A stretch of 64,000 nt of DNA from an uncultured bacterium (GTDB lineage Bacteria; Zixibacteria; MSB-5A5; CAIYYT01), in the NCBI GenBank assembly GCA_963726455.1, contig CAVSCK010000004.1:1120001-1184000 (forward strand), given 5' to 3'. A program made the translations under genes and the position numbers. Below are positions 10,505 through 19,472 of this stretch, piece after piece. How positions within the stretch are numbered: the stretch's first letter is position 1; every line of letters starts with the position of its first letter. The notes under the pieces were generated by a model that was given only the letters and a program-made list of their open reading frames with translations, was not told the DNA's origin and did not search any database.

Positions 10505-10945
10505 CTAGCTTGGATACACGCCCGTGATGTAGTCTTTCAGATACCGGTTCTCGACTGATGCTTCTGTGATTTCCTCTCGAATGATGTCGCCGATCGACAC
10601 AATTCCCGCCAGCCGGCCATCATCCATCACCGGCAGGTGGCGTATCCGGTTCTCCGTGATTAGCGCCTTCAAATAATCCAGCGTATCCGAAGGCACTGCC
10701 ACGATCAGATCGGTAGTCATCACGGCGCTTACCGGTATATCCATGATCTTGCCTTCGTGTTCGTATGTCAGCCGAAAAATGTCGCGTTCGGTAATGATTC
10801 CCACGACTTCCTTCGCACGGTCAAGAATCACGACCGAGCCCACCCTGTGCTTGATCAGCAGAGCCATCGCTTCGCGAATTGTCGTGTCGGGCGAAGCGGT
10901 AATTACGTTGTTTCCCTTACGTCTCAAGATCGATGCTACCTTCAT
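10505..10945 (-). CDS. CBS-domain pair protein
   Basis: GIITERD, RIRHLPV, GIVSIGD motifs. Confidence 0.9.
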   Translation of the reverse strand: MKVASILRRKGNNVITASPDTTIREAMALLIKHRVGSVVILDRAKEVVGIITERDIFRLTYEHEGKIMDIPVSAVMTTDLIVAVPSDTLDYLKALITENRIRHLPVMDDGRLAGIVSIGDIIREEITEASVENRYLKDYITGVYPS

Positions 10946-11258
10946 TTTGTAACTCCCTGCTTGCCGAGAGTCGGTTGATGCCAGAAACTACATGATTAGT
11001 CTGTAATATCGTGAACCGATCAACTCGCCGTTTCAACAGCTTACTTCTTTTACGCTACAATTTGTGTCTTAATGGCAGCTTTTTCGTGGTGCACCATCCA
11101 AAGACGAAGAAAGTTAACGTTTCTGCGGGCTCCGGTCTGGATAAGTCGGGGAAACGATCGGAAAGACAAAACGCCGTCGTTCCCTTTCTGAACATCCCAA
11201 GAAAGTCGTTGCGGAAAACCTTCCCGTCTGCTATTACAATAACCTTCTGTGAGGTCTC

Positions 11259-12155
11259 TTGCCCTACTTCGGTGAACTGGTTGCTCTCGCAACCGCTGTC
11301 TGCTGGTCATTTGGAACCATCCTGTTCGGCTACTCCAGCCGGCGCGTCGGTTCGTTTACCGTCAACACCATCCGGATTCTCTTTGCAGCAGTGTTGATAA
11401 CTTTAGGCAATCTGGCCTTGCATGGGCAACTCATTCCGGCGAATTTCGAAAATCGGCAACTTGTGATTCTCGGAACCTCCGGAATTATCGGACTGGTTAT
11501 CGGGGATGGCTGCTATTTCAAGTCCCTGGTGATCCTCGGTCCGCGCATCGCCTCCCTGATGAGTGCCTCTTCGCCAATTTTTGCCGTGATAATCGCCTGG
11601 GTGTTCCTGGGTCAGGCCTTGGGCTTACTCGACCTGCTCGGCATTGCCATCACTCTGGCCGGAATCAGCTGGGTAACCCTGGAGCGCAACCACAATTCCT
11701 TCGGTTCGCAACCGGGTTCCAAGACGCTCGGCTATGTCCTCGGCGTCGGGGGCGCAATCGGCCAGGCCGTGGCACTGACTATGGCGAAAGTTGGCATGGG
11801 CGACAACTTCCCGCCGTTGAACGCATCATTTGTTCGCATGGTTGCCGCAGCCGTGGTAATCTGGATCATCGCCATCGCCGCGGGACGCCTGCCTAATATC
11901 AAGTCGGCCGTCAAGGACATCCGGGCCGTGGGCGCCATCAGTGCGGCGGCATTTGTGGGACCATTTCTCGGAATCTGGCTCTCGTTGATTTCGATCCAAT
12001 ATACCAAAATCGGCATCGCCTCTACTTTGATGGCCACCACGCCTCTGTGGGTCATCCCCCTGGTCATGATCATTCACAAAGAACGTCCCAGCATTCGCGC
12101 GATCTTCGGAACCGCTGCCGCAGTGGGCGGTGTCTCCATCATTTTCCTCACCTAG
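11259..12155 (+). CDS. EamA/DMT family transporter
   Basis: About 10 TM segments in two EamA-like halves (GIIGLVIGD; GIASTLMATTP); TTG start after GAGG. Confidence 0.88.
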   Translation: MPYFGELVALATAVCWSFGTILFGYSSRRVGSFTVNTIRILFAAVLITLGNLALHGQLIPANFENRQLVILGTSGIIGLVIGDGCYFKSLVILGPRIASLMSASSPIFAVIIAWVFLGQALGLLDLLGIAITLAGISWVTLERNHNSFGSQPGSKTLGYVLGVGGAIGQAVALTMAKVGMGDNFPPLNASFVRMVAAAVVIWIIAIAAGRLPNIKSAVKDIRAVGAISAAAFVGPFLGIWLSLISIQYTKIGIASTLMATTPLWVIPLVMIIHKERPSIRAIFGTAAAVGGVSIIFLT

Positions 12156-12227
12156 AGCGTACCTAATGTGCGGAAGTGGACAATTCCGCTCGAGATTAAG
12201 AACGTTGACATCTTCCGGAGTTGACTA

Positions 12228-13169
12228 ATGCATGCAGGTTCGCTGATTCGTGGCTTGTTTTCCAGCCGTCGTCAAAACGGTTCCCAACTCAAGGAATCGT
12301 TGGCAACTGCTGATAGCATGTTCCGCGAGCGTCGTTATGATCAGGCGCGGCAGCTATACGAACAGCTTGCTTCCCGGTCACATGACGAGCATGACTTCTC
12401 TACTGAGGTTGAGTCTCTTGCGCAGGTGGCTCGCTGTTTTCTCACTTCCAACGATATTGAGAACGCCCGCCAGATATTGGATCGGGCGGCGGAGTTGGCC
12501 TCACCCAAGTACCCTTGCGGCTGGTCGCGCTATCTTGGAGTCAAAGGCCGCCTGGAATGGAAAACCAACAATCTTGCGGCTGCCAAGCAGACCTTCAAAG
12601 ATCAATATCAGTTTTGCCACAAACACAAGCTCGTCGCCGGTGCCATCGACGCCGTCAACATGATGTCCATTGTCGGAACACCCGAGGAACAAATCAGTTG
12701 GAGTATGATCGGAATCAACGAATCCGAAACCACGGGCGAACATCACTGGCTCGGTCCGCTGTGGAACAACTTGGCGGTCACTTACAGCGAACAAGGCGAT
12801 TATCACAGGGCGTACGATGCATTTCTCAAGGCGCGCGAGTATCACCTGCAATACGGCACCGAGACCAATCGCCTGTATGCCGATTATCAACTCGGCTGGG
12901 TCCTGCGTATGCGGGGTGATTTCGAGCTGGCTCTGTCATGGCTGCGGCCTGCGCTTGCCTGGGCCGAGAGAATTGAATGTTTCGACGTAATGGCGCAGGC
13001 GTCGCAGGACATCGGCGAAATTCTTATTGACCAGAAAGACACGGCGAAAGGACTGGAATGCTTGCAACGGGCGCTGGCCTATTTTCGCGAAGCTGGTTAC
13101 GATAAATCCGACCCCGACATCTTGAGCCGGTTATGTCAAAGAATATCTGACATCAACCGGCAATCGTGA
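12228..13169 (+). CDS. TPR-like helical repeat protein
   Basis: TPR patterns (WNNLAVTYSEQGDYHRA; YQLGWVLRMRGDFELA). Confidence 0.7.
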   Translation: MHAGSLIRGLFSSRRQNGSQLKESLATADSMFRERRYDQARQLYEQLASRSHDEHDFSTEVESLAQVARCFLTSNDIENARQILDRAAELASPKYPCGWSRYLGVKGRLEWKTNNLAAAKQTFKDQYQFCHKHKLVAGAIDAVNMMSIVGTPEEQISWSMIGINESETTGEHHWLGPLWNNLAVTYSEQGDYHRAYDAFLKAREYHLQYGTETNRLYADYQLGWVLRMRGDFELALSWLRPALAWAERIECFDVMAQASQDIGEILIDQKDTAKGLECLQRALAYFREAGYDKSDPDILSRLCQRISDINRQS

Positions 13170-13202
13170 TCAGCATCCCTCGCGCGTTTTGGGCCGACGT
13201 GT

Positions 13203-13823
13203 CTAGCTGGCTGCTTTGTCAACCGAGCTTAACATCCCCAGAAAGGCAGCGCGAATCTTATCTACTGTTGCCTTGGGGCCTGTCAATTTGAAGAACACGT
13301 TTCCTTCCGGCGCTGTCACGATTCCACCCAGCAATTCATAGTCTGGCTTCTCGGCCATCGTCTGCATCATCGGTCCGGAGGACGACATGTACGTTCCGGT
13401 GATATCAACCGTGGTAATCTGACAGCACGGCGACTTCACTTCGCCTTTGACCGCCTTCGATTGCGAATCGGAACCGTCCGGCTGTGTAACCTGAGTGATC
13501 CAGCGCGAAATATTCGATTCTATGTCACCACCCTGTCCCGCGCCGAAGAAGAACACGGCGCACTCGGCCTGCGCATCACCGGTGCCGACATTATATGTTG
13601 CTGCGCGCATCGGGCGTTCGCCGCCCTTGGTCCAGCCCGCCGGAACTTTCCAGGTTACGCCTGCCGCGCTGCCTGATTCCGTGGAGGAGGCAGTGACGCC
13701 GCTGGTCGTTCCTTCAGGTTGGCCTTGCGTTTGCTCCTGCTTCTTCTCCGCCGTACATGAACAGAGTAGCGCGACCAAAATCGCTATCGTCAAAACCCCG
13801 ATCGCTGTCACACGTGTTTTCAT
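13203..13823 (-). CDS. Hypothetical lipoprotein
   Basis: Hydrophobic leader ending LCSC, low-complexity linker, globular domain (VPAGW..MRAA..GQGG..NISRW..FFKLTGP). Confidence 0.7.
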   Translation of the reverse strand: MKTRVTAIGVLTIAILVALLCSCTAEKKQEQTQGQPEGTTSGVTASSTESGSAAGVTWKVPAGWTKGGERPMRAATYNVGTGDAQAECAVFFFGAGQGGDIESNISRWITQVTQPDGSDSQSKAVKGEVKSPCCQITTVDITGTYMSSSGPMMQTMAEKPDYELLGGIVTAPEGNVFFKLTGPKATVDKIRAAFLGMLSSVDKAAS

Positions 13824-14017
13824 TTCTGATTTGTTTTCCTTTCCCGGTTGCTGCCACACGGCATTCCGACATCAATATATTCTTACCTCGAAAGTATACG
13901 CTCCCGCATTTCAGATCAAAGCTAAAAAGAGCCAATAGACTGCTATATGAATGATTGTTAATGGCACTCCCACTCTCGCGAATTGGAAGAAGCTTGGTGA
14001 ATCACCGGTCAAATTGA

Positions 14018-15568
14018 CTACAACGGAATATTCCCGTGCTTCTTGGGTGGGTTGTTGTCGCGTTTGGTCGCCAGCATCGAGAGCGCTCGTATCAAACGCG
14101 GACGGGTTTGTTTGGGCTCTATTATGTCATCTATATACCCGCGTTCGGCCGCAATGTAAGGATTGGCAAACTTTTCCGTATACTCAGATATCTTTTCATC
14201 CAGCATCTTCTGAGGATCTTTCGACGCTTCAATTTCCTTGCGGAATATGATTTCCACGGCGCCCTTGGGACCCATCACGGCAATTTCTGCTGACGGCCAG
14301 GCATAATTGACGTCGCCGCGCACATGCTTGGAATTCATAACGTCGTACGCGCCGCCATACGCCTTCCGCGTAATCACCGTTACTTTGGGCACCGTTGCTT
14401 CGCAGTATGCATACAGCAGCTTGGCGCCATGCTTGATTATGCCGCCATGTTCCTGCGCAATTCCCGGCAGGAAACCCGGCACGTCCTCAAAGGTCACGAG
14501 CGGAATATTGAACGCATCACAGAAACGAATGAAGCGTGCACCCTTGATCGAAGAATCAATGTCCAGTACACCCGCGAGATGCGCCGGTTGATTGGCAATA
14601 ATGCCGACCGACCTGCCGCCCAAACGCGCAAAACCGACCGTAATGTTCGGAGCGTAATCAGCGTGAATTTCGAAATACTCGCCCTCATCAACGATCAACT
14701 TGATCACCTCGATCATGTCATAGGGCTTGTTGGGATTCTCTGGAATGAGAGTGTTCAACTTGTCATCACATCGGTCCGACGGATCCGAGGTTTCCTTGAA
14801 CGGCGGGTCGTCCAGATTATTCAGGGGAATAAAGGACATCAGCTTGCGAATCCCCAACAGCGCCTCGGCTTCGGAATCGCACGCGAAATGCGCCACGCCC
14901 GACTTGCTGGCATGGGTATCAGCGCCACCTAGTTCGTCCATCGTCACGTCTTCGTGCGTTACCGTCTTGACCACGTTCGGTCCGGTGACAAACATGTAGG
15001 ATGACTTCCTGACCATGAAGATGAAATCGGTAATGGCCGGTGAATATACTGCCCCACCCGCACAGGGCCCCAGAATGGCCGAGATTTGAGGCACGACGCC
15101 TGACGCCAGAGTGTTCAACAGGAAGATATCTGCATAGCCACCGAGCGAGACCACGCCTTCCTGAATGCGCGCGCCACCAGAATCGTTCAGCCCGATTACG
15201 GGAGCGCCCATCTTCATTGCCGCCTTCATGACCTTGCATATCTTCTCGGCATGTGCCTCCGACAATGATCCACCCAACACGGTGAAGTCCTGGCTGAACA
15301 CGAATACGATCCGATTGTCGATCAGGCCGCAACCGGTCACCACACCGTCGCCCGGAAATTGCACCTTGTCCAGTCCGAAGTCGACCGACCGATGCGCCAC
15401 AAACATGTCGAATTCCTCGAACGATCCCGGATCAAGCAACAACTCCAGCCGTTCGCGCGCTGTGAGTTTTCCTTTGGCGTGTTGCGCCGCGATCTTCTCC
15501 GCGCCACCACCCAATTTCGCCTGTTCCTGTTTCTGTCTTAACAGTTCGAGTTTCTTCTCAATCGACAT
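14018..15568 (-). CDS. Acyl-CoA carboxylase / methylmalonyl-CoA carboxyltransferase beta subunit (PccB/MmdA family)
   Basis: [45 protein letters not shown]-terminal KKHGNIPL. Confidence 0.95.
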   Translation of the reverse strand: MSIEKKLELLRQKQEQAKLGGGAEKIAAQHAKGKLTARERLELLLDPGSFEEFDMFVAHRSVDFGLDKVQFPGDGVVTGCGLIDNRIVFVFSQDFTVLGGSLSEAHAEKICKVMKAAMKMGAPVIGLNDSGGARIQEGVVSLGGYADIFLLNTLASGVVPQISAILGPCAGGAVYSPAITDFIFMVRKSSYMFVTGPNVVKTVTHEDVTMDELGGADTHASKSGVAHFACDSEAEALLGIRKLMSFIPLNNLDDPPFKETSDPSDRCDDKLNTLIPENPNKPYDMIEVIKLIVDEGEYFEIHADYAPNITVGFARLGGRSVGIIANQPAHLAGVLDIDSSIKGARFIRFCDAFNIPLVTFEDVPGFLPGIAQEHGGIIKHGAKLLYAYCEATVPKVTVITRKAYGGAYDVMNSKHVRGDVNYAWPSAEIAVMGPKGAVEIIFRKEIEASKDPQKMLDEKISEYTEKFANPYIAAERGYIDDIIEPKQTRPRLIRALSMLATKRDNNPPKKHGNIPL

Positions 15569-15613
15569 GCTTTCATCCGTTCCCGGTTAGGTAATCTTAT
15601 CGGCTGGACTCCC

Positions 15614-16453
15614 TTAGACTTCCACCTTCTCGCAATTATACTTCAGCCCATCAAATGTGATCCGCGTGACTTTGTTATCGAGGTCATGATCCATTGCCAC
15701 GTACCAGCCGCCGGCGACAATCTTCGGCAACATCTCGCGTTTGCAGCGTTGTGTCTCCAGCGGAAACAGATCAGTGGCGGAAACATACGGTATCTTAAGA
15801 TGATGGCAACTGAGAAAATTATCCGCGTAGTAAATCAATTTCGCATCCTCTGATTCAACTTCCACTCCCAATTGCCCGCGTGTATGCCCGCCGATCCGGA
15901 CGGCTCTTATTCCCCGCAGAATCTCCGTGTTGTTACCAACCAGTTGCAGCAATCCGGCATCGCTGATCGCCTGCAGCCGATTCGGGAAATACACGCCCAG
16001 CGTCCGCTCATCCGGATTGTTTGCGTCCTCCCACTCGTCGGCGTGAATTACGTGTTTCGCTTTCGAAAACACGACTGCGGGTTTTCCATCCACTTGCTTA
16101 ATGCAGCCGCCCACGTGATCCCAATGCAGGTGCGACAAGATCACAAAATCAATATCCTTCGAAGCCAGCCCCAGCTGGACCAATCCAGAAACGAGTGCCG
16201 ACGGCTGATTCACTCCGTACAGTTTCCGCTGCTTATCTAGCAGGAAATCTCCCAATCCCGAATCCAGCAGGATGTTCTTCCCGTGCGCCTTCACCAGAAA
16301 CACGTTGATATCGAACGGCAGCAGGTTGTCTTCGTCGGCTTGCTGAATCTTGCTCCAGATGGTCTTGGGAACAATGCCGTAAACCGATCCGGCATCCAGA
16401 TGAAACCGATTATCGACGATGCAGAAGACTTCGAACTGACCCAGTTTTAGCAT
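15614..16453 (-). CDS. Metallo-beta-lactamase fold hydrolase (YtnP-like)
   Basis: LDAGSVYGIVPKTIW, SHLHWDHVGG (HxHxDH), GGHTRG. Confidence 0.88.
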   Translation of the reverse strand: MLKLGQFEVFCIVDNRFHLDAGSVYGIVPKTIWSKIQQADEDNLLPFDINVFLVKAHGKNILLDSGLGDFLLDKQRKLYGVNQPSALVSGLVQLGLASKDIDFVILSHLHWDHVGGCIKQVDGKPAVVFSKAKHVIHADEWEDANNPDERTLGVYFPNRLQAISDAGLLQLVGNNTEILRGIRAVRIGGHTRGQLGVEVESEDAKLIYYADNFLSCHHLKIPYVSATDLFPLETQRCKREMLPKIVAGGWYVAMDHDLDNKVTRITFDGLKYNCEKVEV

Positions 16454-16500
16454 GTTGAATCTGGTGTGGTGACAGCCAATCCCGCTCCAAAAACAATAAC

Positions 16501-16525
16501 GCGGCGCACGAAATTATGCGCCGCG
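16501..16525. terminator. Hairpin downstream of the acyl-CoA dehydrogenase
   Basis: GCGGCGCA-N8-TGCGCCGC. Confidence 0.45.
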
Positions 16526-16541
16526 TCAATTACCAATTCGA

Positions 16542-17683
16542 CTAACGCAAATAGTTGCCGGCGATCACGAGCCGTTGGACTTCGGATGTCCCCTCGTAGA
16601 TTTCCGACACACGCTGGTCGCGGTATAGCTTCTCGATCATCGAGAACTCACCGATGTAGCCATAACCGCCGTGAATCTGCATGGCGCGATCCACGCAGAA
16701 ATTCGCCGCTTCTGATGCGAACAATTTCGCCTGCGCCGCTTCCAGACCGAAACGCGCACCCGCATCCTGCAACTGGGCGGCCTTGTACGTCAGGCAAGTC
16801 GCAGCCGAAACTTTGGTAGCCATATCGGCGATCATCCACTGAATGGCCTGCAACTTGGCAATCGGGGCGCCAAACGCCATGCGGGTTTTCGCGTACTTGA
16901 TCGACTCATCAAGCGCCCGACGAGCCATTCCGGTCGATTGCGCCGCGATACCGATGCGCGCGCCGTCAAGTGTCTGCATTGCATACTTGAAACCCTTGCC
17001 CGGCTTCACCCATCAGATTCGTCTTCGGCACTTTGACATTCTCCAGCCAAAGGCGGCCGGTGGTCGCGTACTTCATGCCCATCTTGTTCTTGAGCGTGGC
17101 CTTCTTAAGCCCCGGCGCGTCGCCCGGAACGAAAATCGCCGACACCTTGTCGCGTGCGTCGCCGTCCTGAATCTTGCAGAACAGCACCGCAAAATCGCAG
17201 ACGTCACCGTGCATGATGAATATCTTCTCGCCGTTGATGACGTAATTATCGCCCTCGATCGTCGCCACTGTCGACTGGTTGGCGGCATCGGAGCCCGCAT
17301 TCGGCTCGGTCAGCGCAAACGCCGGGATCCATTTTCCGGATGCCGACGGCGGAATATATTTCTTCTTCTGTTCGTCACTGGCATGGCGAATAATCGGGTC
17401 GCAGGCCAGTTGGCTCACGGCCGTCAACAGCGATGACGGCGCATCGATAGTAAGCTACTTCTTCGATCAGTGTCGCATACTCAAGTGCCGTGCGGCCGCC
17501 ACCACCCAATTCCTTGGGCATGGTAAAGCCGACCAAACCTTTGTCAGCAATGTACTTGAACATGTCATGCGCGAAGCCATCCGGCTTGCGGTCCTGAATC
17601 CGACCCATTTCTTCGAGTTTCGGGCCGATTTCCTTCATCATGTCGCGTACGGGTTGCTGAGCTTCAGATACGTTATAAACCAT
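16542..17683 (-). CDS. Acyl-CoA dehydrogenase, split into three frames by two +1 frameshifts
   Basis: Fragments 17375-17683, 16966-17427 and 16542-17009 join into one ACAD: FALTEPNAGSDA, INGEKIFI, KMG, RIGIAAQ, QIHGGYGY, IYEGTSEVQR. Extra bases near 17446 and 17004. Confidence 0.9.
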
Positions 17684-17831
17684 ATTGTCTCCCTACAATT
17701 AGACTTAATTCAACGCGCGAAATCTAGGATTTTGGAATGCGGAAAATCAACTGCAAAATGAAGGGCACTGTTTAGCGAGGGAGCAGAAAGACTGCCGGGT
17801 CAACACCTTAGGCCAGATCAAAAAACGCCAG

Positions 17832-19463
17832 TTATGCGTTTGGCTGCATATGCTTCCTTGACGCGTCCATCAATGCATTGAGCAGTTCAGCAGTATTGAA
17901 GTCGTTTTCGATGGCGTAAGCCATTGTCTTCTTAAGTTCTGAGCGCAGCAAAGCGCTCAAGGGCATTGTTCCAACGTTATCGCTCATGACACTCAACGCA
18001 AACTCTTCATTCTCCTTCGATGCTGCATTCCGTATGACGCCCTCAAACTCGCGGTCGTCCTTGCACAGATGGTCAAGGCAGAGATTGTCGTTATCCTCCA
18101 CGTCGACAATCCACATCCATTTGTGGTCGGGCGGGTATCGGCCCGGGACAGTGTCTTTGTCCTTGATGTAGCGGGCAACAAAGGCATCGCCGACGGAGGC
18201 AAATAGCGGGGATTTGTGGATGTGGGCGTTCTTCAAAAAGGAATGCAATTGTCTTTCATGCAACACTTTGTTCAGGATGAAGCCGTCGTAATCATCTCGG
18301 TCCTCGATTCCGTCCTGCACAAGTCTGGTAAGCGTTGCCGCAACAGCAGACGGATTGATCAACTCCAGCACTTCACACAATCCCTGCCATCGCCAGTCTT
18401 CTATTCCATCAAATGTAGTTGGGTTCTCGATTTCTGAAAGGACAGCGGCAGCTATATCGTTACTTTCCCGAACTAAATCGGCACACTTGTAAGCCGGAAG
18501 TGCACACAAGAGAGAAAGAAGCCCGAACGTGTTCTGACTCCGCAGTGCTATTTCGAGTGCGGCCTCACAGACCGCATCACCCATCCGAGGTGATCGGTGC
18601 ACAAATACTTCGATTAAGCTATGCCAATCCTCCAGGACAGTTTCCCTTCCCCCCGTTATGGGGATTCCCCAACCATTTTCCATAAAATAGTGAACGGAAA
18701 CCAATGTGGCGGCCACAAAAGATCTGACTAGGTTGTCGTCAATGTCCTCGCCGAGCAACTCCACGAAACACTCTCCTATCCAGGGAATGACGAAAGGGTC
18801 GCCTTGCTCCGCCGCGTATTCAAGCGCATTCCGAATACAGCCCTTGACGCTTTCGGGATCTGCACCATAAAGTAATTTAAGGACGTCCTGAAATCGCGGG
18901 GGAGGTTTATGCCGATAACACGTTGCCAAAGTAGTGTGCGACTGACCCAGACCCACCAGTTTACCCAAGTATTTCTTCTCAATAAGCCAATGTAACCAAC
19001 GACTATAGACTGAGAGCAATCGAGTACGGAACTCGGGGTCGTCGGCCGTAGGAATTGGTTCGCCGAGCCATTCTGAAAAAAAGCTGACAAACTCCGGCAG
19101 TTGCTGGGCAAACTCCACCCTCTCGGGCGATTGATCCATAGTCGATTCACAGGACGCAGTCTCTCCCATCTCTACGCGCTCTATATATTGTATATACTGC
19201 CGGACTAAGTCTGGTCTTCTCCGGGGAAACCCGCCATCCTCCGTTGACTTTGCCAGTCGGGGATACTTAAGATGCAGTATTGCATCATCGCTGCCTCGAT
19301 CCTTGCGTTCACTCACATCTCGAAAGTGCCCATCCCGATAATAGACGCACCAAATCGGAAACAACCGCGCAATGCGCAACAATAGGTGCTTCAAATCCGA
19401 TACCTGCTCTATGCATCTCAGCTTCCCTATTGAAAGCTCCCAGTAGCCACCGAACTCATGCAT
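17832..19463 (-). CDS. Hypothetical alpha-helical protein; possibly the C-terminal part of the upstream STAND ATPase
   Basis: 543-aa ORF in the same frame as 19473..21665, separated only by TAG-GGA-CAC-AAT. Confidence 0.65.
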   Translation of the reverse strand: MHEFGGYWELSIGKLRCIEQVSDLKHLLLRIARLFPIWCVYYRDGHFRDVSERKDRGSDDAILHLKYPRLAKSTEDGGFPRRRPDLVRQYIQYIERVEMGETASCESTMDQSPERVEFAQQLPEFVSFFSEWLGEPIPTADDPEFRTRLLSVYSRWLHWLIEKKYLGKLVGLGQSHTTLATCYRHKPPPRFQDVLKLLYGADPESVKGCIRNALEYAAEQGDPFVIPWIGECFVELLGEDIDDNLVRSFVAATLVSVHYFMENGWGIPITGGRETVLEDWHSLIEVFVHRSPRMGDAVCEAALEIALRSQNTFGLLSLLCALPAYKCADLVRESNDIAAAVLSEIENPTTFDGIEDWRWQGLCEVLELINPSAVAATLTRLVQDGIEDRDDYDGFILNKVLHERQLHSFLKNAHIHKSPLFASVGDAFVARYIKDKDTVPGRYPPDHKWMWIVDVEDNDNLCLDHLCKDDREFEGVIRNAASKENEEFALSVMSDNVGTMPLSALLRSELKKTMAYAIENDFNTAELLNALMDASRKHMQPNA

Positions 19464-19472
19464 ATTGTGTCC

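Noticed and set aside
11146-11184. c-di-GMP-I riboswitch before the EamA gene (GGGAAAC...GAAA...)
   Set aside because: No paired GNRA-capped stem and no GACGCAAAGC/P2 element; only a generic imperfect hairpin.
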